Shown: piece by piece, positions 1 to 9,467 of the stretch
How positions within the stretch are numbered: position 1 is the stretch's first letter
Layout: each line of letters begins with the position of its first letter
From: Escherichia coli
GTDB lineage: Bacteria > Pseudomonadota > Gammaproteobacteria > Enterobacterales > Enterobacteriaceae
Assembly (NCBI RefSeq): GCF_048320145.1
Contig: NZ_CP182912.1
DNA: 32,000 nt
Strand: one strand, 5' to 3'
Position numbers and translations under genes: made by a program
Notes under the pieces: generated by a model
The model's input: the letters and a program-made list of their open reading frames with translations, nothing else
Database searches by the model: none
What the model was told of the DNA's origin: nothing

Positions 1-117
1 TGCCAGCGATCTTAATTGAAAAGCATCGCGCCGACCAGCAAGGCAATATTGTCCAGATAGATATTGAATATTGGCGATTTGAGGCCGTAGACCTCATCAT
101 TAATCTGTAGGTGTTTT

Positions 118-1098
118 ATGGTGACAATAAATAACGCAAGAAAGATTCTACAACGTGTCGACACTCTTCCTCTTTATTTACATGCTTATGCCTTTCATTT
201 AAATATGCGGCTGGAAAGAGTGTTGCCTGCTGATTTACTTGATATCGCAAGTGAAAATAATCTACGTGGCGTCAAAATCCATGTTCTGGATGGCGAGCGT
301 TTTTCTCTTGGTAATATGGACGATAAAGAACTCTCTGCCTTTGGGGATAAAGCCCGCCGTCTGAACCTTGATATTCATATTGAAACCAGCGCCTCAGATA
401 AGGCATCTATTGACGAAGCCGTCGCCATCGCGTTGAAAACTGGGGCATCGTCCGTACGTTTTTATCCACGTTATGAAGGTAATTTGCGCGACGTATTATC
501 GATTATCGCTAACGACATTGCCTATGTACGGGAAACGTATCAGGACAGCGGCCTGACTTTTACGATCGAGCAGCATGAAGATTTAAAAAGTCATGAGTTG
601 GTGTCGCTGGTCAAAGAAAGTGAGATGGAGTCTCTTTCCTTACTGTTTGATTTTGCGAACATGATCAATGCAAATGAGCATCCCATCGACGCCTTAAAAA
701 CGATGGCACCGCATATTACCCAGGTCCATATTAAAGATGCCTTGATCGTTAAAGAACAGGGTGGCCTGGGTCATAAAGCCTGTATTTCAGGTCAGGGTGA
801 TATGCCGTTCAAAGCGTTATTAACGCACCTTATCTGCCTTGGTGATGATGAGCCGCAGGTGACGGCATATGGCCTGGAAGAAGAGGTTGATTACTATGCG
901 CCGGCGTTCCGCTTTGAAGACGAAGATGATAATCCGTGGATCCCTTATCGCCAGATGAGTGAAACACCCCTACCAGAAAATCATTTACTGGATGCGCGGT
1001 TACGTAAAGAAAAAGAAGATGCAATTAATCAGATAAATCATGTGCGTAACGTACTACAACAAATCAAACAAGAGGCAAACCATCTTCTGAACCACTAA
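118..1098 (+). CDS. yihM: Putative sugar phosphate isomerase/epimerase-like TIM-barrel protein YihM
   Basis: 326-aa intact ORF; sequence and position next to yihN match the E. coli yihM locus (recognised, not searched). Confidence 0.85.
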   Translation: MVTINNARKILQRVDTLPLYLHAYAFHLNMRLERVLPADLLDIASENNLRGVKIHVLDGERFSLGNMDDKELSAFGDKARRLNLDIHIETSASDKASIDEAVAIALKTGASSVRFYPRYEGNLRDVLSIIANDIAYVRETYQDSGLTFTIEQHEDLKSHELVSLVKESEMESLSLLFDFANMINANEHPIDALKTMAPHITQVHIKDALIVKEQGGLGHKACISGQGDMPFKALLTHLICLGDDEPQVTAYGLEEEVDYYAPAFRFEDEDDNPWIPYRQMSETPLPENHLLDARLRKEKEDAINQINHVRNVLQQIKQEANHLLNH

Positions 1099-1199
1099 TA
1101 AGTTTTAACTCATACGCAGTTAATAAAACCATTCTATATGAATGGTCGGTATCTTATTGCCTTTAAAACAGTGATTTTAAAAATCGCTTAGGGGATGTT

Positions 1200-2465
1200 A
1201 TGCTCACGAAAAAGAAATGGGCGTTATTTAGTCTATTAACACTGTGTGGCGGTACAATTTATAAATTACCGTCGCTGAAAGATGCGTTTTATATCCCGAT
1301 GCAGGAATATTTCCATTTGACCAATGGTCAAATTGGTAATGCTATGTCGGTAAACTCATTTGTCACCACAGTGGGCTTTTTTCTGTCTATTTATTTTGCC
1401 GATAAACTACCGCGCAGATACACCATGTCATTCTCACTCATTGCGACAGGATTACTGGGTGTTTATTTGACGACAATGCCGGGGTATTGGGGCATCCTCT
1501 TTGTCTGGGCGCTATTTGGCGTTACTTGCGACATGATGAACTGGCCGGTCTTGCTCAAGTCGGTAAGTCGATTGGGCAATAGCGAACAACAAGGTCGGTT
1601 GTTTGGCTTCTTCGAAACAGGGCGTGGCATTGTCGATACCGTGGTGGCATTTTCTGCGTTGGCAGTATTTACCTGGTTTGGCAGTGGCTTATTAGGTTTT
1701 AAAGCAGGCATCTGGTTCTATTCCCTTATTGTGATTGCCGTAGGCATTATTATTTTCTTTGTCCTGAATGACAAAGAAGAGGCACCGTCCGTTGAGGTGA
1801 AAAAAGAAGACGGAGCATCGCAAAACACCAGTATGACCTCGGTGCTGAGAGACAAAACCATCTGGCTTATCGCTTTTAACGTCTTCTTTGTTTACGCGGT
1901 TTACTGTGGCCTGACATTCTTCATTCCATTCCTGAAAAACATCTATCTATTGCCCGTTGCGCTGGTGGGGGCTTACGGCATCATTAACCAATACTGTCTG
2001 AAAATGATTGGTGGACCGATTGGTGGCATGATTTCAGATAAGATCCTGAAATCGCCGAGTAAATATCTATGCTACACCTTTATCATCAGTACCGCTGCGC
2101 TCGTACTGTTGATTATGCTGCCGCACGAAAGTATGCCGGTCTATTTAGGGATGGCATGTACGCTGGGCTTTGGCGCGATAGTCTTTACACAGCGAGCCGT
2201 ATTTTTTGCACCTATCGGCGAAGCAAAAATTGCTGAAAATAAAACAGGCGCGGCGATGGCGTTGGGTAGCTTTATTGGTTACGCTCCGGCGATGTTCTGC
2301 TTCAGTCTGTATGGCTACATTCTGGATTTAAATCCGGGGATTATTGGCTACAAAATCGTGTTTGGCATTATGGCCTGCTTCGCATTCTGTGGTGCGGTGG
2401 TTTCCGTAATGCTGGTTAAGCGAATTAGCCAACGTAAGAAAGAGATGCTGGCGGCTGAAGCTTGA
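1200..2465 (+). CDS. yihN: Major facilitator superfamily transporter YihN
   Basis: 421-aa intact ORF with many hydrophobic segments and MFS-like loops such as FFLSIYFADKLPRRYTM; GGGGATG upstream of the start. Confidence 0.88.
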   Translation: MLTKKKWALFSLLTLCGGTIYKLPSLKDAFYIPMQEYFHLTNGQIGNAMSVNSFVTTVGFFLSIYFADKLPRRYTMSFSLIATGLLGVYLTTMPGYWGILFVWALFGVTCDMMNWPVLLKSVSRLGNSEQQGRLFGFFETGRGIVDTVVAFSALAVFTWFGSGLLGFKAGIWFYSLIVIAVGIIIFFVLNDKEEAPSVEVKKEDGASQNTSMTSVLRDKTIWLIAFNVFFVYAVYCGLTFFIPFLKNIYLLPVALVGAYGIINQYCLKMIGGPIGGMISDKILKSPSKYLCYTFIISTAALVLLIMLPHESMPVYLGMACTLGFGAIVFTQRAVFFAPIGEAKIAENKTGAAMALGSFIGYAPAMFCFSLYGYILDLNPGIIGYKIVFGIMACFAFCGAVVSVMLVKRISQRKKEMLAAEA

Positions 2466-2469
2466 TTAA

Positions 2470-2547
<78 letters not shown>

Positions 2548-2555
2548 GTTTCACA

Positions 2556-3248
2556 TCAGAAGAAATACTTCGTCCCGATACGAATCTGGTTTTGCTCGCG
2601 GTGGTACGGTTCGACATTACGATCTAACCAACGTAATTCGAAATAAGGCAGCCAGTGTTCATTAATGCGATAACGGAAGGTATTAGTGATTTCCCAGTGA
2701 TGATCTTTTCCATTGCTGCTATTAAAGTCATTTACGCGTATGAAATAATGTGGCTCAAATGTATAGGAAAATTTATCGGTGATTTTAAAATTCCAGTAGG
2801 TGCCAATTTCATAGGTGTCATTATTATCCAGTTCCCCGCTCAAATCTGTTGAACTATAGTTATTATGGTTATAGCGATTTCGTACTGTCAGATTAAACCA
2901 TGGTACAAATTTATAGTTGACGTCCAGATACACTGCACCACCCGAACCGATACTCTTATCATTAATTAAGCCACCGGGCTGGATGGTTAATTTATCGGTT
3001 GGTTTGAATAAAGGATACCAACCTTCAATTTCATTATAGCCATGTTTTAGTTCATCTTCTCGCTGAAAGGTGTAGGTATTGGTTAACATAATACCCGCGC
3101 CCATATCGAAGTTATAACCCACACGTAGCATAACCTCGCCCTGATCGGAGGCAAGATTATATGCCTCCCTGTTTTCGACGTATGCGCCAGCAAATACCGA
3201 GGCAGAGGTCAGAGAAGATAATAAAATTATTGCATTAATCTTTTTCAT
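2556..3248 (-). CDS. ompL: KdgM-family outer membrane porin OmpL
   Basis: ORF track extends to 3284, but the signal peptide MKKINAIILLSSLTSASVFAGAYV starts at codon 13 (about 3248); aromatic-rich beta-strand pattern ending in KYFF. Confidence 0.88.
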   Translation of the reverse strand: MKKINAIILLSSLTSASVFAGAYVENREAYNLASDQGEVMLRVGYNFDMGAGIMLTNTYTFQREDELKHGYNEIEGWYPLFKPTDKLTIQPGGLINDKSIGSGGAVYLDVNYKFVPWFNLTVRNRYNHNNYSSTDLSGELDNNDTYEIGTYWNFKITDKFSYTFEPHYFIRVNDFNSSNGKDHHWEITNTFRYRINEHWLPYFELRWLDRNVEPYHREQNQIRIGTKYFF

Positions 3249-3315
3249 AATAAGTCCATTTTTTAAACGTAGGGAGGCCGCCACCCACCAGGATGGAAAT
3301 AGCGGCTATTGACAT

Positions 3316-4719
3316 TTATAACGTTACGGAAGCCGTTTTTTCTTCTGTCGCCATCTCTTTATTTTTGCGTTGGTTGATTTCCTCAATAATCAATGCAAAC
3401 CGTTTTTCATTGAGTGTGTAAAAGAATCCCATCGTCAATGCAGCAATAATTGCCAGTGCACAAGGCCAGATAAAAATGAGCTGACGCAAACCCTGTAATG
3501 TCGCATCGCTTTGCGCGATGTTGGGAACATAACCAATTTGCGTCAGCATAATGCCTGGCAAGAAGCCAGCAAGTGCGGCAGAAATTTTACGAAAGAAGGT
3601 ATAACCGGTATAAACAGAACCTTCGGCACGAATACCGGTTTTCCATTCACCGTAATCTACGGTATCTGGTACCAGTGCCCAGTTCAGGCTGTTTACAAAG
3701 GCCGTGCCAAAAAAGGCGACACAAGAGAACATGACGAAAGTGAAAGAGTTACTTCCCCAGAAATAATTCAGTATATCACCCACCGCCCACAGCACCATGC
3801 CAGCTAAATAAACCTGTTTTTTACCAAAACATTTTACAGTTACTGGCACCAGTAATACGCCGACGAGGATGCATCCCATACTGAAGAATCCCATCCACGA
3901 CAATAAATTAATATCATTCAGCACATACTGGGTGTAATAGACCTGAATCGCCAGTTTGATATTAAATGCCGCCAGAGTACACAGGTTAGCAATGCATAAA
4001 ACCAGCAATGGTGGATTACGAAATATCGCGCAAAAAGATTTGAGAATACTGGCTTTATGTCCGGTTGGCGCTGTGTCCACATAATGCTCTTTGACGCCTC
4101 TGTAGCACAGCATCATAAAAATAAAGCCGCCAATGGAGAACATAAGTGCCGCACAGGCATAACCGACGGTTGAGTCAGAAAAAAGCGACTGCAACGGAAT
4201 AAACGCCACGGTACAAATCAATAGCCCTATGGTTGCACCACCCTGGCGGTAAGCCGCGAGCTGCGCGCGCTCATTCGGGTTTTTGGTAATTGCCGGGATC
4301 ATCGCACCATACGAGCAGTTCATCAGACTGTATGAAAGTCCAAACATCATAAACAGCGCGGTGGCAATCGTCGTTTTAACCGGCAAACAAAAGGTGGTGG
4401 CGATAAACTGGAGCGTTGCAATTAACGCCGCCGGAACTGCTGCATATAAAATAAAGGGACGAAATTTGCCTTTAGGCCCAATATTTTTCCGCGAGTCGAG
4501 TAAAAATCCGGTGAGCATATCGGTAAACGCGGTAAAAAACTTCGCCACCAGAAAGATAATCCCGCCATAGTAAGCAGGCATCCCTAATTCATCGGTATAA
4601 AATTTGAGGAGATACAGAGTACCGATGCAGAGCATTAAATTCGAACCGACGTCGCCCATACCATAGGCGATTTTTTCCCGCAGATTCAGTTTTAATGTCA
4701 GTGGATTATGGTCAGACAT
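3316..4719 (-). CDS. yihO: GPH/MFS-type cation symporter YihO (sulfoquinovose transporter)
   Basis: 467-aa form starting MSDHNPLTLKLNLREKIAYGMGDVGSNL; GPH-family motifs; inside the sulfoquinovose cluster; track start at 4725 is 2 codons longer. Confidence 0.88.
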   Translation of the reverse strand: MSDHNPLTLKLNLREKIAYGMGDVGSNLMLCIGTLYLLKFYTDELGMPAYYGGIIFLVAKFFTAFTDMLTGFLLDSRKNIGPKGKFRPFILYAAVPAALIATLQFIATTFCLPVKTTIATALFMMFGLSYSLMNCSYGAMIPAITKNPNERAQLAAYRQGGATIGLLICTVAFIPLQSLFSDSTVGYACAALMFSIGGFIFMMLCYRGVKEHYVDTAPTGHKASILKSFCAIFRNPPLLVLCIANLCTLAAFNIKLAIQVYYTQYVLNDINLLSWMGFFSMGCILVGVLLVPVTVKCFGKKQVYLAGMVLWAVGDILNYFWGSNSFTFVMFSCVAFFGTAFVNSLNWALVPDTVDYGEWKTGIRAEGSVYTGYTFFRKISAALAGFLPGIMLTQIGYVPNIAQSDATLQGLRQLIFIWPCALAIIAALTMGFFYTLNEKRFALIIEEINQRKNKEMATEEKTASVTL

Positions 4720-4733
4720 AATCACTCCTTATA

Positions 4734-4749
4734 ACGCCCCGCAGGGCGT
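4734..4749 (-). other. Small hairpin between yihP and yihO
   Basis: acgccc-cgca-gggcgt, a perfect 6-bp stem immediately upstream of the yihO ribosome-binding site (aaggag on the minus strand). Confidence 0.45.
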
Positions 4750-4761
4750 CGTTTATTATTA

Positions 4762-6147
4762 TTACGCCGTGCGTTTACGTGCTTCTATCTCTTCCACAAT
4801 GCGGACATACATCTTCTCGTTCAGGCTGTAGAAGCAACCCATCGCCACAATGGTGACTACCGCCAGTGCGCTTGGGTAGATGAAGATCAACTGGCGTAAC
4901 CCTTCAATGGTGTGGTCAGCCTGTGCGACGTTCGGCACATAGCCAATTTGCGTCAGCATCCAGCCGGGGAAGAAACCAGCCAGCGCCTGAGACACTTTGC
5001 GAAAGAAGGTGAAGCCGGTGTAGACCGTGCCTTCCGAACGCACGCCGGTGCGCCACTCGCCGTACTCGACGGTGTCGGAAACCAGCGCCCAGTTCAGGCT
5101 GTTAACAAACGCTGAGCCGAAGAACGCCAGGCAGGAGAACGCCACAAAGCTGACCGAGCCGCCGCCGAAGAAATAGTTGAGCAGATCGCCCAGCACCCAA
5201 ATCAGCAGGCCGCCGATATAGACCTTCTTCTTACCAAAACGTCTGACTGCGCCAGGCATCAGGAACACGCCGATGAAAATACAGCCCATGCTGAAAAATC
5301 CCATATACGACAACAGGATGGGATCGTTAAGTACGTGCTGGGTGTAATAGACCTGAATGGCGAGCTTGACGTTAAACGCCCCTAAGGTGCAGAGGTTGGC
5401 AATACACAGAATGAACAGTGGGCGGTTACCGGCAATTGCGCGGAAAGATTGCAACAGGCCAGGCTTTTGCGCCGGATTGGTTGGTTGGGTTTCGACATAA
5501 CGCTCTTTCACGCCTGAGTAGCAGATCCACATAAACAGCAGGCCGAACAGTGAAAACAGCGTGGCGGCGAAGATATAGCCAAGTTGCTGATTACCCTCGA
5601 TAAGATTCATCACTGGCACGAATCCCACCGTGCACAGCAGCAGGCCCAGCGTAGCGCCGCCCTGACGCCATGCCGCCAGTGAGGCGCGTTCGTTGGGGTT
5701 TTTGGTGATAGCGGGAACCATTGCGCCGTAGGAGCAGTTCATCATGCTGAAAAACAGTCCGTAAAGCATAAACAGAATAGTGGCCATCACCGTTTTACCG
5801 GTGACATCAAACGGTGTGCCGACAAAGTTGGCGATCGCCAGTAAGGTGACCGGGAATGACGCATACAGAATAAAAGGACGGAACTTACCTTTTGGACCGA
5901 TCTTGCGTCGGGAATCCAACATAATGCCGGTACCCATATCGGTAAACGCAGTAAAGAATTTTGAAATCAAAAAGATAATGCCGCCATAGGTGCCTGGCAG
6001 CCCCAGAACGTCGGTATAAAACTTCAAAAGATAAAGTGTACCGATATCCAGCAGGATGTTAGAGGCCAGGTCGCCAATACCGTAAGAGAGTTTCTCTTTA
6101 AAGGGCAGGCGTAAAGTTGCTGGATCTTCCGTTGTGATGTGACTCAT
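4762..6147 (-). CDS. yihP: GPH/MFS-type transporter YihP, paralog of YihO
   Basis: 461-aa form starting MSHITTEDPATLRLPFKEKLSYGIGDLASN; ORF track gives an 11-codon longer start at 6180; strongly similar to YihO by eye. Confidence 0.87.
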   Translation of the reverse strand: MSHITTEDPATLRLPFKEKLSYGIGDLASNILLDIGTLYLLKFYTDVLGLPGTYGGIIFLISKFFTAFTDMGTGIMLDSRRKIGPKGKFRPFILYASFPVTLLAIANFVGTPFDVTGKTVMATILFMLYGLFFSMMNCSYGAMVPAITKNPNERASLAAWRQGGATLGLLLCTVGFVPVMNLIEGNQQLGYIFAATLFSLFGLLFMWICYSGVKERYVETQPTNPAQKPGLLQSFRAIAGNRPLFILCIANLCTLGAFNVKLAIQVYYTQHVLNDPILLSYMGFFSMGCIFIGVFLMPGAVRRFGKKKVYIGGLLIWVLGDLLNYFFGGGSVSFVAFSCLAFFGSAFVNSLNWALVSDTVEYGEWRTGVRSEGTVYTGFTFFRKVSQALAGFFPGWMLTQIGYVPNVAQADHTIEGLRQLIFIYPSALAVVTIVAMGCFYSLNEKMYVRIVEEIEARKRTA

Positions 6148-6192
6148 CGATGTTCTCCCTTTGCCCATGAGTTTCCCCACGGGCGGATGTGA

Positions 6193-8229
6193 TTAGATGC
6201 TTTTTAACGACGCGAACAGTGCCGCCCATTCGCTATCGGCGCGATAAAAGACCGGCGGCTTGCCGATGGGCGCATTAACGGTAACTTCCCCGCCCCGGAA
6301 CGCTTCACCCGTCCAGGCGTGGACCCAGTTATCCTCCGGCAGATAGAGCGTCCAGTCGCTACGGCCTTCTTCATGCACCGGAGCGACCAGAATGTCGCGA
6401 CCTAACAGGTACTGATATTTCAGGGTGTAAGTGTGCGCATCGTCTTCGTAATGCAGGAACAGCGGGCGCATAACCGGCAGGCCGGACTTCGCATTCAGCG
6501 CGACAGCCTCTTTCAGGTAAGGTTTCAGGGTGGTGAAGACGGAGGTCATACGGGCAAAATGGGCGATAGTTTCTGCGTCGCCGTCAAACTGCCAGTTGTC
6601 GCCAGGACGGTTACCTTCGTGGGTGCGCATCATCGGCGTGAAGGCGCTGAAATCGCACCAGCGCAGCAGCAGCTCTTTGCTGCGCTTCATCTCAAACAGG
6701 GTGGTGTAACCGCCAATGTCGCTGTGGTGCAGGCCATGTCCGGTCATTGCCAGCGACAGCGCCGCCGGGACAACCGACGCCAGGCCATCGTCGAGACTCC
6801 AGTCGACGTTCTGGTCGCCCGCCCACATCATGGTGGAGTATTTCTGGCTACCGGTAGAACCGGCGCGCATAAAGAAAAGGATCTCGCCGAGCTTGCCCGT
6901 TTCTTCAAGGGCTTCGTAGTTACATTTCGCCCACAGCGCGGGCCAGGCGTTATGCATAATTTCGGCGCTGATGCCGTTATGCAGGTAAGTGTCGGTGGGC
7001 AGATACTCGCCGAAGTCAGCCATCCAGCCGCCGCAGCCGAGTTCAATCATGTTCTTTTTGATCACTTCCTTGAACCAGGCGTAGGCTTCTGGATTAGTGA
7101 GATCGACAACGCCGCCGTAAAACTCGCCAAACTCCACCAGATAGTCACCGCCAGAGGCATCTTTTGCCAGATAGCCGTGTTGTGCCGCTTCTTCGCAGAG
7201 ATCTTTATCGCTGGCAACATACGGGTTGATATAGGCCAGGAACTGCACGCCCTCCTGATTCCACTGCTTAATGCGTGAATCCAGTTGCGGGTAGTTTTCG
7301 CTGTTCCACTTCCAGTTCCACATCACGCGTTTGCCAAAAGAGGTCATACGAATACCGGACCAGTCCTGCGCCCAGATGCCGTTGACCTTCACGCCCGCGT
7401 TACGCATGGTGTCCAGTTTCTTCTGGCACACTTCCGTCCCGCCCTGAATGCCGAGCGTTACTCCGTCATAAATCCAGTCGGGCAGTTCTGGCTGGCGTCC
7501 CAGCAGGGCGGTTAATTTTTCCAGCAGGGAAATGTATGTGTCAGCACATTCAAAACGCAGCGTTGCTTTGTCTTCCCACAGCGCCAGTTCATGGTATTCC
7601 GGGGCACTAAAGTCGAAGTTCATATAGCAACTGTTATCAACATGGCAGTAATACTTCTGCGTGCTGACAAACGTAGGCTGTGGGAAGAAAGTCCAGTAAT
7701 AGTCGCCGCCCGCATTTTCTTTGCAGTCGGCCTGCCAGGTGACATAGGTTTGTTTGTTGCGACCAACGCCTTGTTCACTGGTCCATAGCGGGAACGGTTT
7801 GCCACGCAGATCGAAGTAGGAAAACTGTTCGCCGCAGCCGTAGATATGGTCCTCTGGTTGAGCGGCAAGGCGCAGCCAGATACGGTTGTGGTTAAGGTTG
7901 TCGTTTTGTAGTTCCAGCAATAAACGGCCCTGATCGTCGGCAGAGATATTCAGCGTGGCGCTAATGTCAGAACCACGGCTGAAATGAATTAACCAACCAG
8001 CCGGTGACTGGCTGACGATGGCGTCGGTAAGCGCAATTTTCTCCTGTAGTTTATCTTTAATGCTGAAATTACCGCGGAACATATCGATATCCGCTATACC
8101 TGAGCCAATCCATAAACAAGGATTATCTTTGCTATGGGTTAAAATAAGACGTTGTTGAAAATGTAGGGTAAAACTGTCGTTATTCTGATGAAATTGAAAA
8201 TCTAATAACTGTGGACGTGGCGTATCCAT
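6193..8229 (-). CDS. yihQ: Sulfoquinovosidase (GH31 alpha-glycosidase)
   Basis: 678-aa ORF; GH31-like MADFGEYLPTD and AGSTGSQKYSTMMWAGDQNVDW segments; in the sulfoquinovose cluster. Confidence 0.92.
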   Translation of the reverse strand: MDTPRPQLLDFQFHQNNDSFTLHFQQRLILTHSKDNPCLWIGSGIADIDMFRGNFSIKDKLQEKIALTDAIVSQSPAGWLIHFSRGSDISATLNISADDQGRLLLELQNDNLNHNRIWLRLAAQPEDHIYGCGEQFSYFDLRGKPFPLWTSEQGVGRNKQTYVTWQADCKENAGGDYYWTFFPQPTFVSTQKYYCHVDNSCYMNFDFSAPEYHELALWEDKATLRFECADTYISLLEKLTALLGRQPELPDWIYDGVTLGIQGGTEVCQKKLDTMRNAGVKVNGIWAQDWSGIRMTSFGKRVMWNWKWNSENYPQLDSRIKQWNQEGVQFLAYINPYVASDKDLCEEAAQHGYLAKDASGGDYLVEFGEFYGGVVDLTNPEAYAWFKEVIKKNMIELGCGGWMADFGEYLPTDTYLHNGISAEIMHNAWPALWAKCNYEALEETGKLGEILFFMRAGSTGSQKYSTMMWAGDQNVDWSLDDGLASVVPAALSLAMTGHGLHHSDIGGYTTLFEMKRSKELLLRWCDFSAFTPMMRTHEGNRPGDNWQFDGDAETIAHFARMTSVFTTLKPYLKEAVALNAKSGLPVMRPLFLHYEDDAHTYTLKYQYLLGRDILVAPVHEEGRSDWTLYLPEDNWVHAWTGEAFRGGEVTVNAPIGKPPVFYRADSEWAALFASLKSI

Positions 8230-8427
8230 AACTAATCTCCATAGAGTTGAGAACGAGATTGTTGCCTTCCTGTTATTACAGGCTTATGTAAAATGATTCT
8301 CATAAAACTGATATATAAAAACTTTACAGAAGCTGAGCTGTTTTTAACTTAATAAATTGAAGATACATAATGTTGCCTTTAGCGAGTGAAATGTTCTTCA
8401 ATGATTTTGACTGCTAATCAATACAAG

Positions 8428-9354
8428 TTATTTTCTCTGTCCGTAAATGTTAAAAAACAGGCGGTGCGGTTTTCCTGGTTCCAGTAATAATAAGTCGATA
8501 CCTGAATTAAAGGCGTTAGGCGGGCAACTCATAGGTTCAACTGCCAGTCCCTGACGCTGTAATTTTTCACCGCTATAAATTTGTACCCAGGGTTGATCGC
8601 AACAAAGGCTAACCGAAAGCGCCTGTTGTGGATGGGTAATGGTTATTTCCCACAGATCATTAGCGGTTTTAAAGGTGTGGTCGATTTTTGTCGCGGCTAT
8701 TGTTTTCGCCTGCGTGAAATTTAAATCCAGCTCATCAACGTGGTGAAGCGTTGTCGGATTTACGTGTTCATCAACGGCATAAACCTGGTTTGCCGGAAGC
8801 TGGAACAGATATTCATCAACAGATGTTAAGTTGCAGGTTAAATAAGTATGAATACCCACGCCATAAGGCGCTGCGACAGTGCCGATATTCTGGCTTGCGA
8901 TCTCAACGGAAAGACCCGTGTGTGCGTTGAGCGAATAAACAACTTGTGAAGCCAGCATAAACGGATAGCCGTAACTGGGCGGCAGAAAAGCTGTCAGGGT
9001 AACGCTGGTGGCGGTTAATTCACTAATTTGCCAGTCTCGCCAGGCAAGCAGCCCGTGAATAGCGGCTTTTGAACTATGTTCATTAATGGGTAACTGATAT
9101 TCCTGCCCCTGATAGCGGTAACAGCCGTTGGCGATCCGGTTCGGCCACGGAATAAGCACTTTACCCAGATGCGCCAGCGGCATCTCTTCGGGTTTGTGCG
9201 GGATGACTAAATGACAACCCTGAAAGGTTAATTCAGCCAGACCAGCACCGACGGTCACAATGGTCGCGTGATAATCCCCCGCGGCAAGTGAAACGGTCTG
9301 TCCACTGCAATGCATATTGGTGATTTGCATACAAGGCACCTTAATTAACGACAT
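8428..9354 (-). CDS. yihR: Aldose 1-epimerase-like protein YihR (putative sulfoquinovose mutarotase)
   Basis: 308-aa ORF with galactose-mutarotase features (PWPNRIANG, YPFMLAS, GVGIHTYL); an alternative start at 9330 (MQITNMHCSG) has an upstream AAGGTG. Confidence 0.85.
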   Translation of the reverse strand: MSLIKVPCMQITNMHCSGQTVSLAAGDYHATIVTVGAGLAELTFQGCHLVIPHKPEEMPLAHLGKVLIPWPNRIANGCYRYQGQEYQLPINEHSSKAAIHGLLAWRDWQISELTATSVTLTAFLPPSYGYPFMLASQVVYSLNAHTGLSVEIASQNIGTVAAPYGVGIHTYLTCNLTSVDEYLFQLPANQVYAVDEHVNPTTLHHVDELDLNFTQAKTIAATKIDHTFKTANDLWEITITHPQQALSVSLCCDQPWVQIYSGEKLQRQGLAVEPMSCPPNAFNSGIDLLLLEPGKPHRLFFNIYGQRK

Positions 9355-9403
9355 ACAGCCTCCCGTGAGGCTGATGTCAAACCCAAAAACTGCACCGGAC
9401 GGT

Positions 9404-9440
9404 CCCCTCGCCCCTTTGGGGAGAGGGTTAGGGTGAGGGG
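9404..9440. repeat. GC-rich imperfect palindromic intergenic repeat (ccctcgcccc...ggggagagggttagggtgagggg)
   Basis: cccctcgccc and gggtgagggg arms pair (one G:T wobble) around an inner cccc-ttt-gggg; matches a commonly seen enterobacterial intergenic repeat, possibly the Box C class (class name uncertain). Confidence 0.65.
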
Positions 9441-9467
9441 AAAACCCGCACCCTATTTTCAGATCAG

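Noticed and set aside
6433-7278. Antisense ORF (281 aa) opposite yihQ
   Set aside because: Same reasoning: fully antisense to a conserved gene, no plausible domain and no independent RBS evidence.
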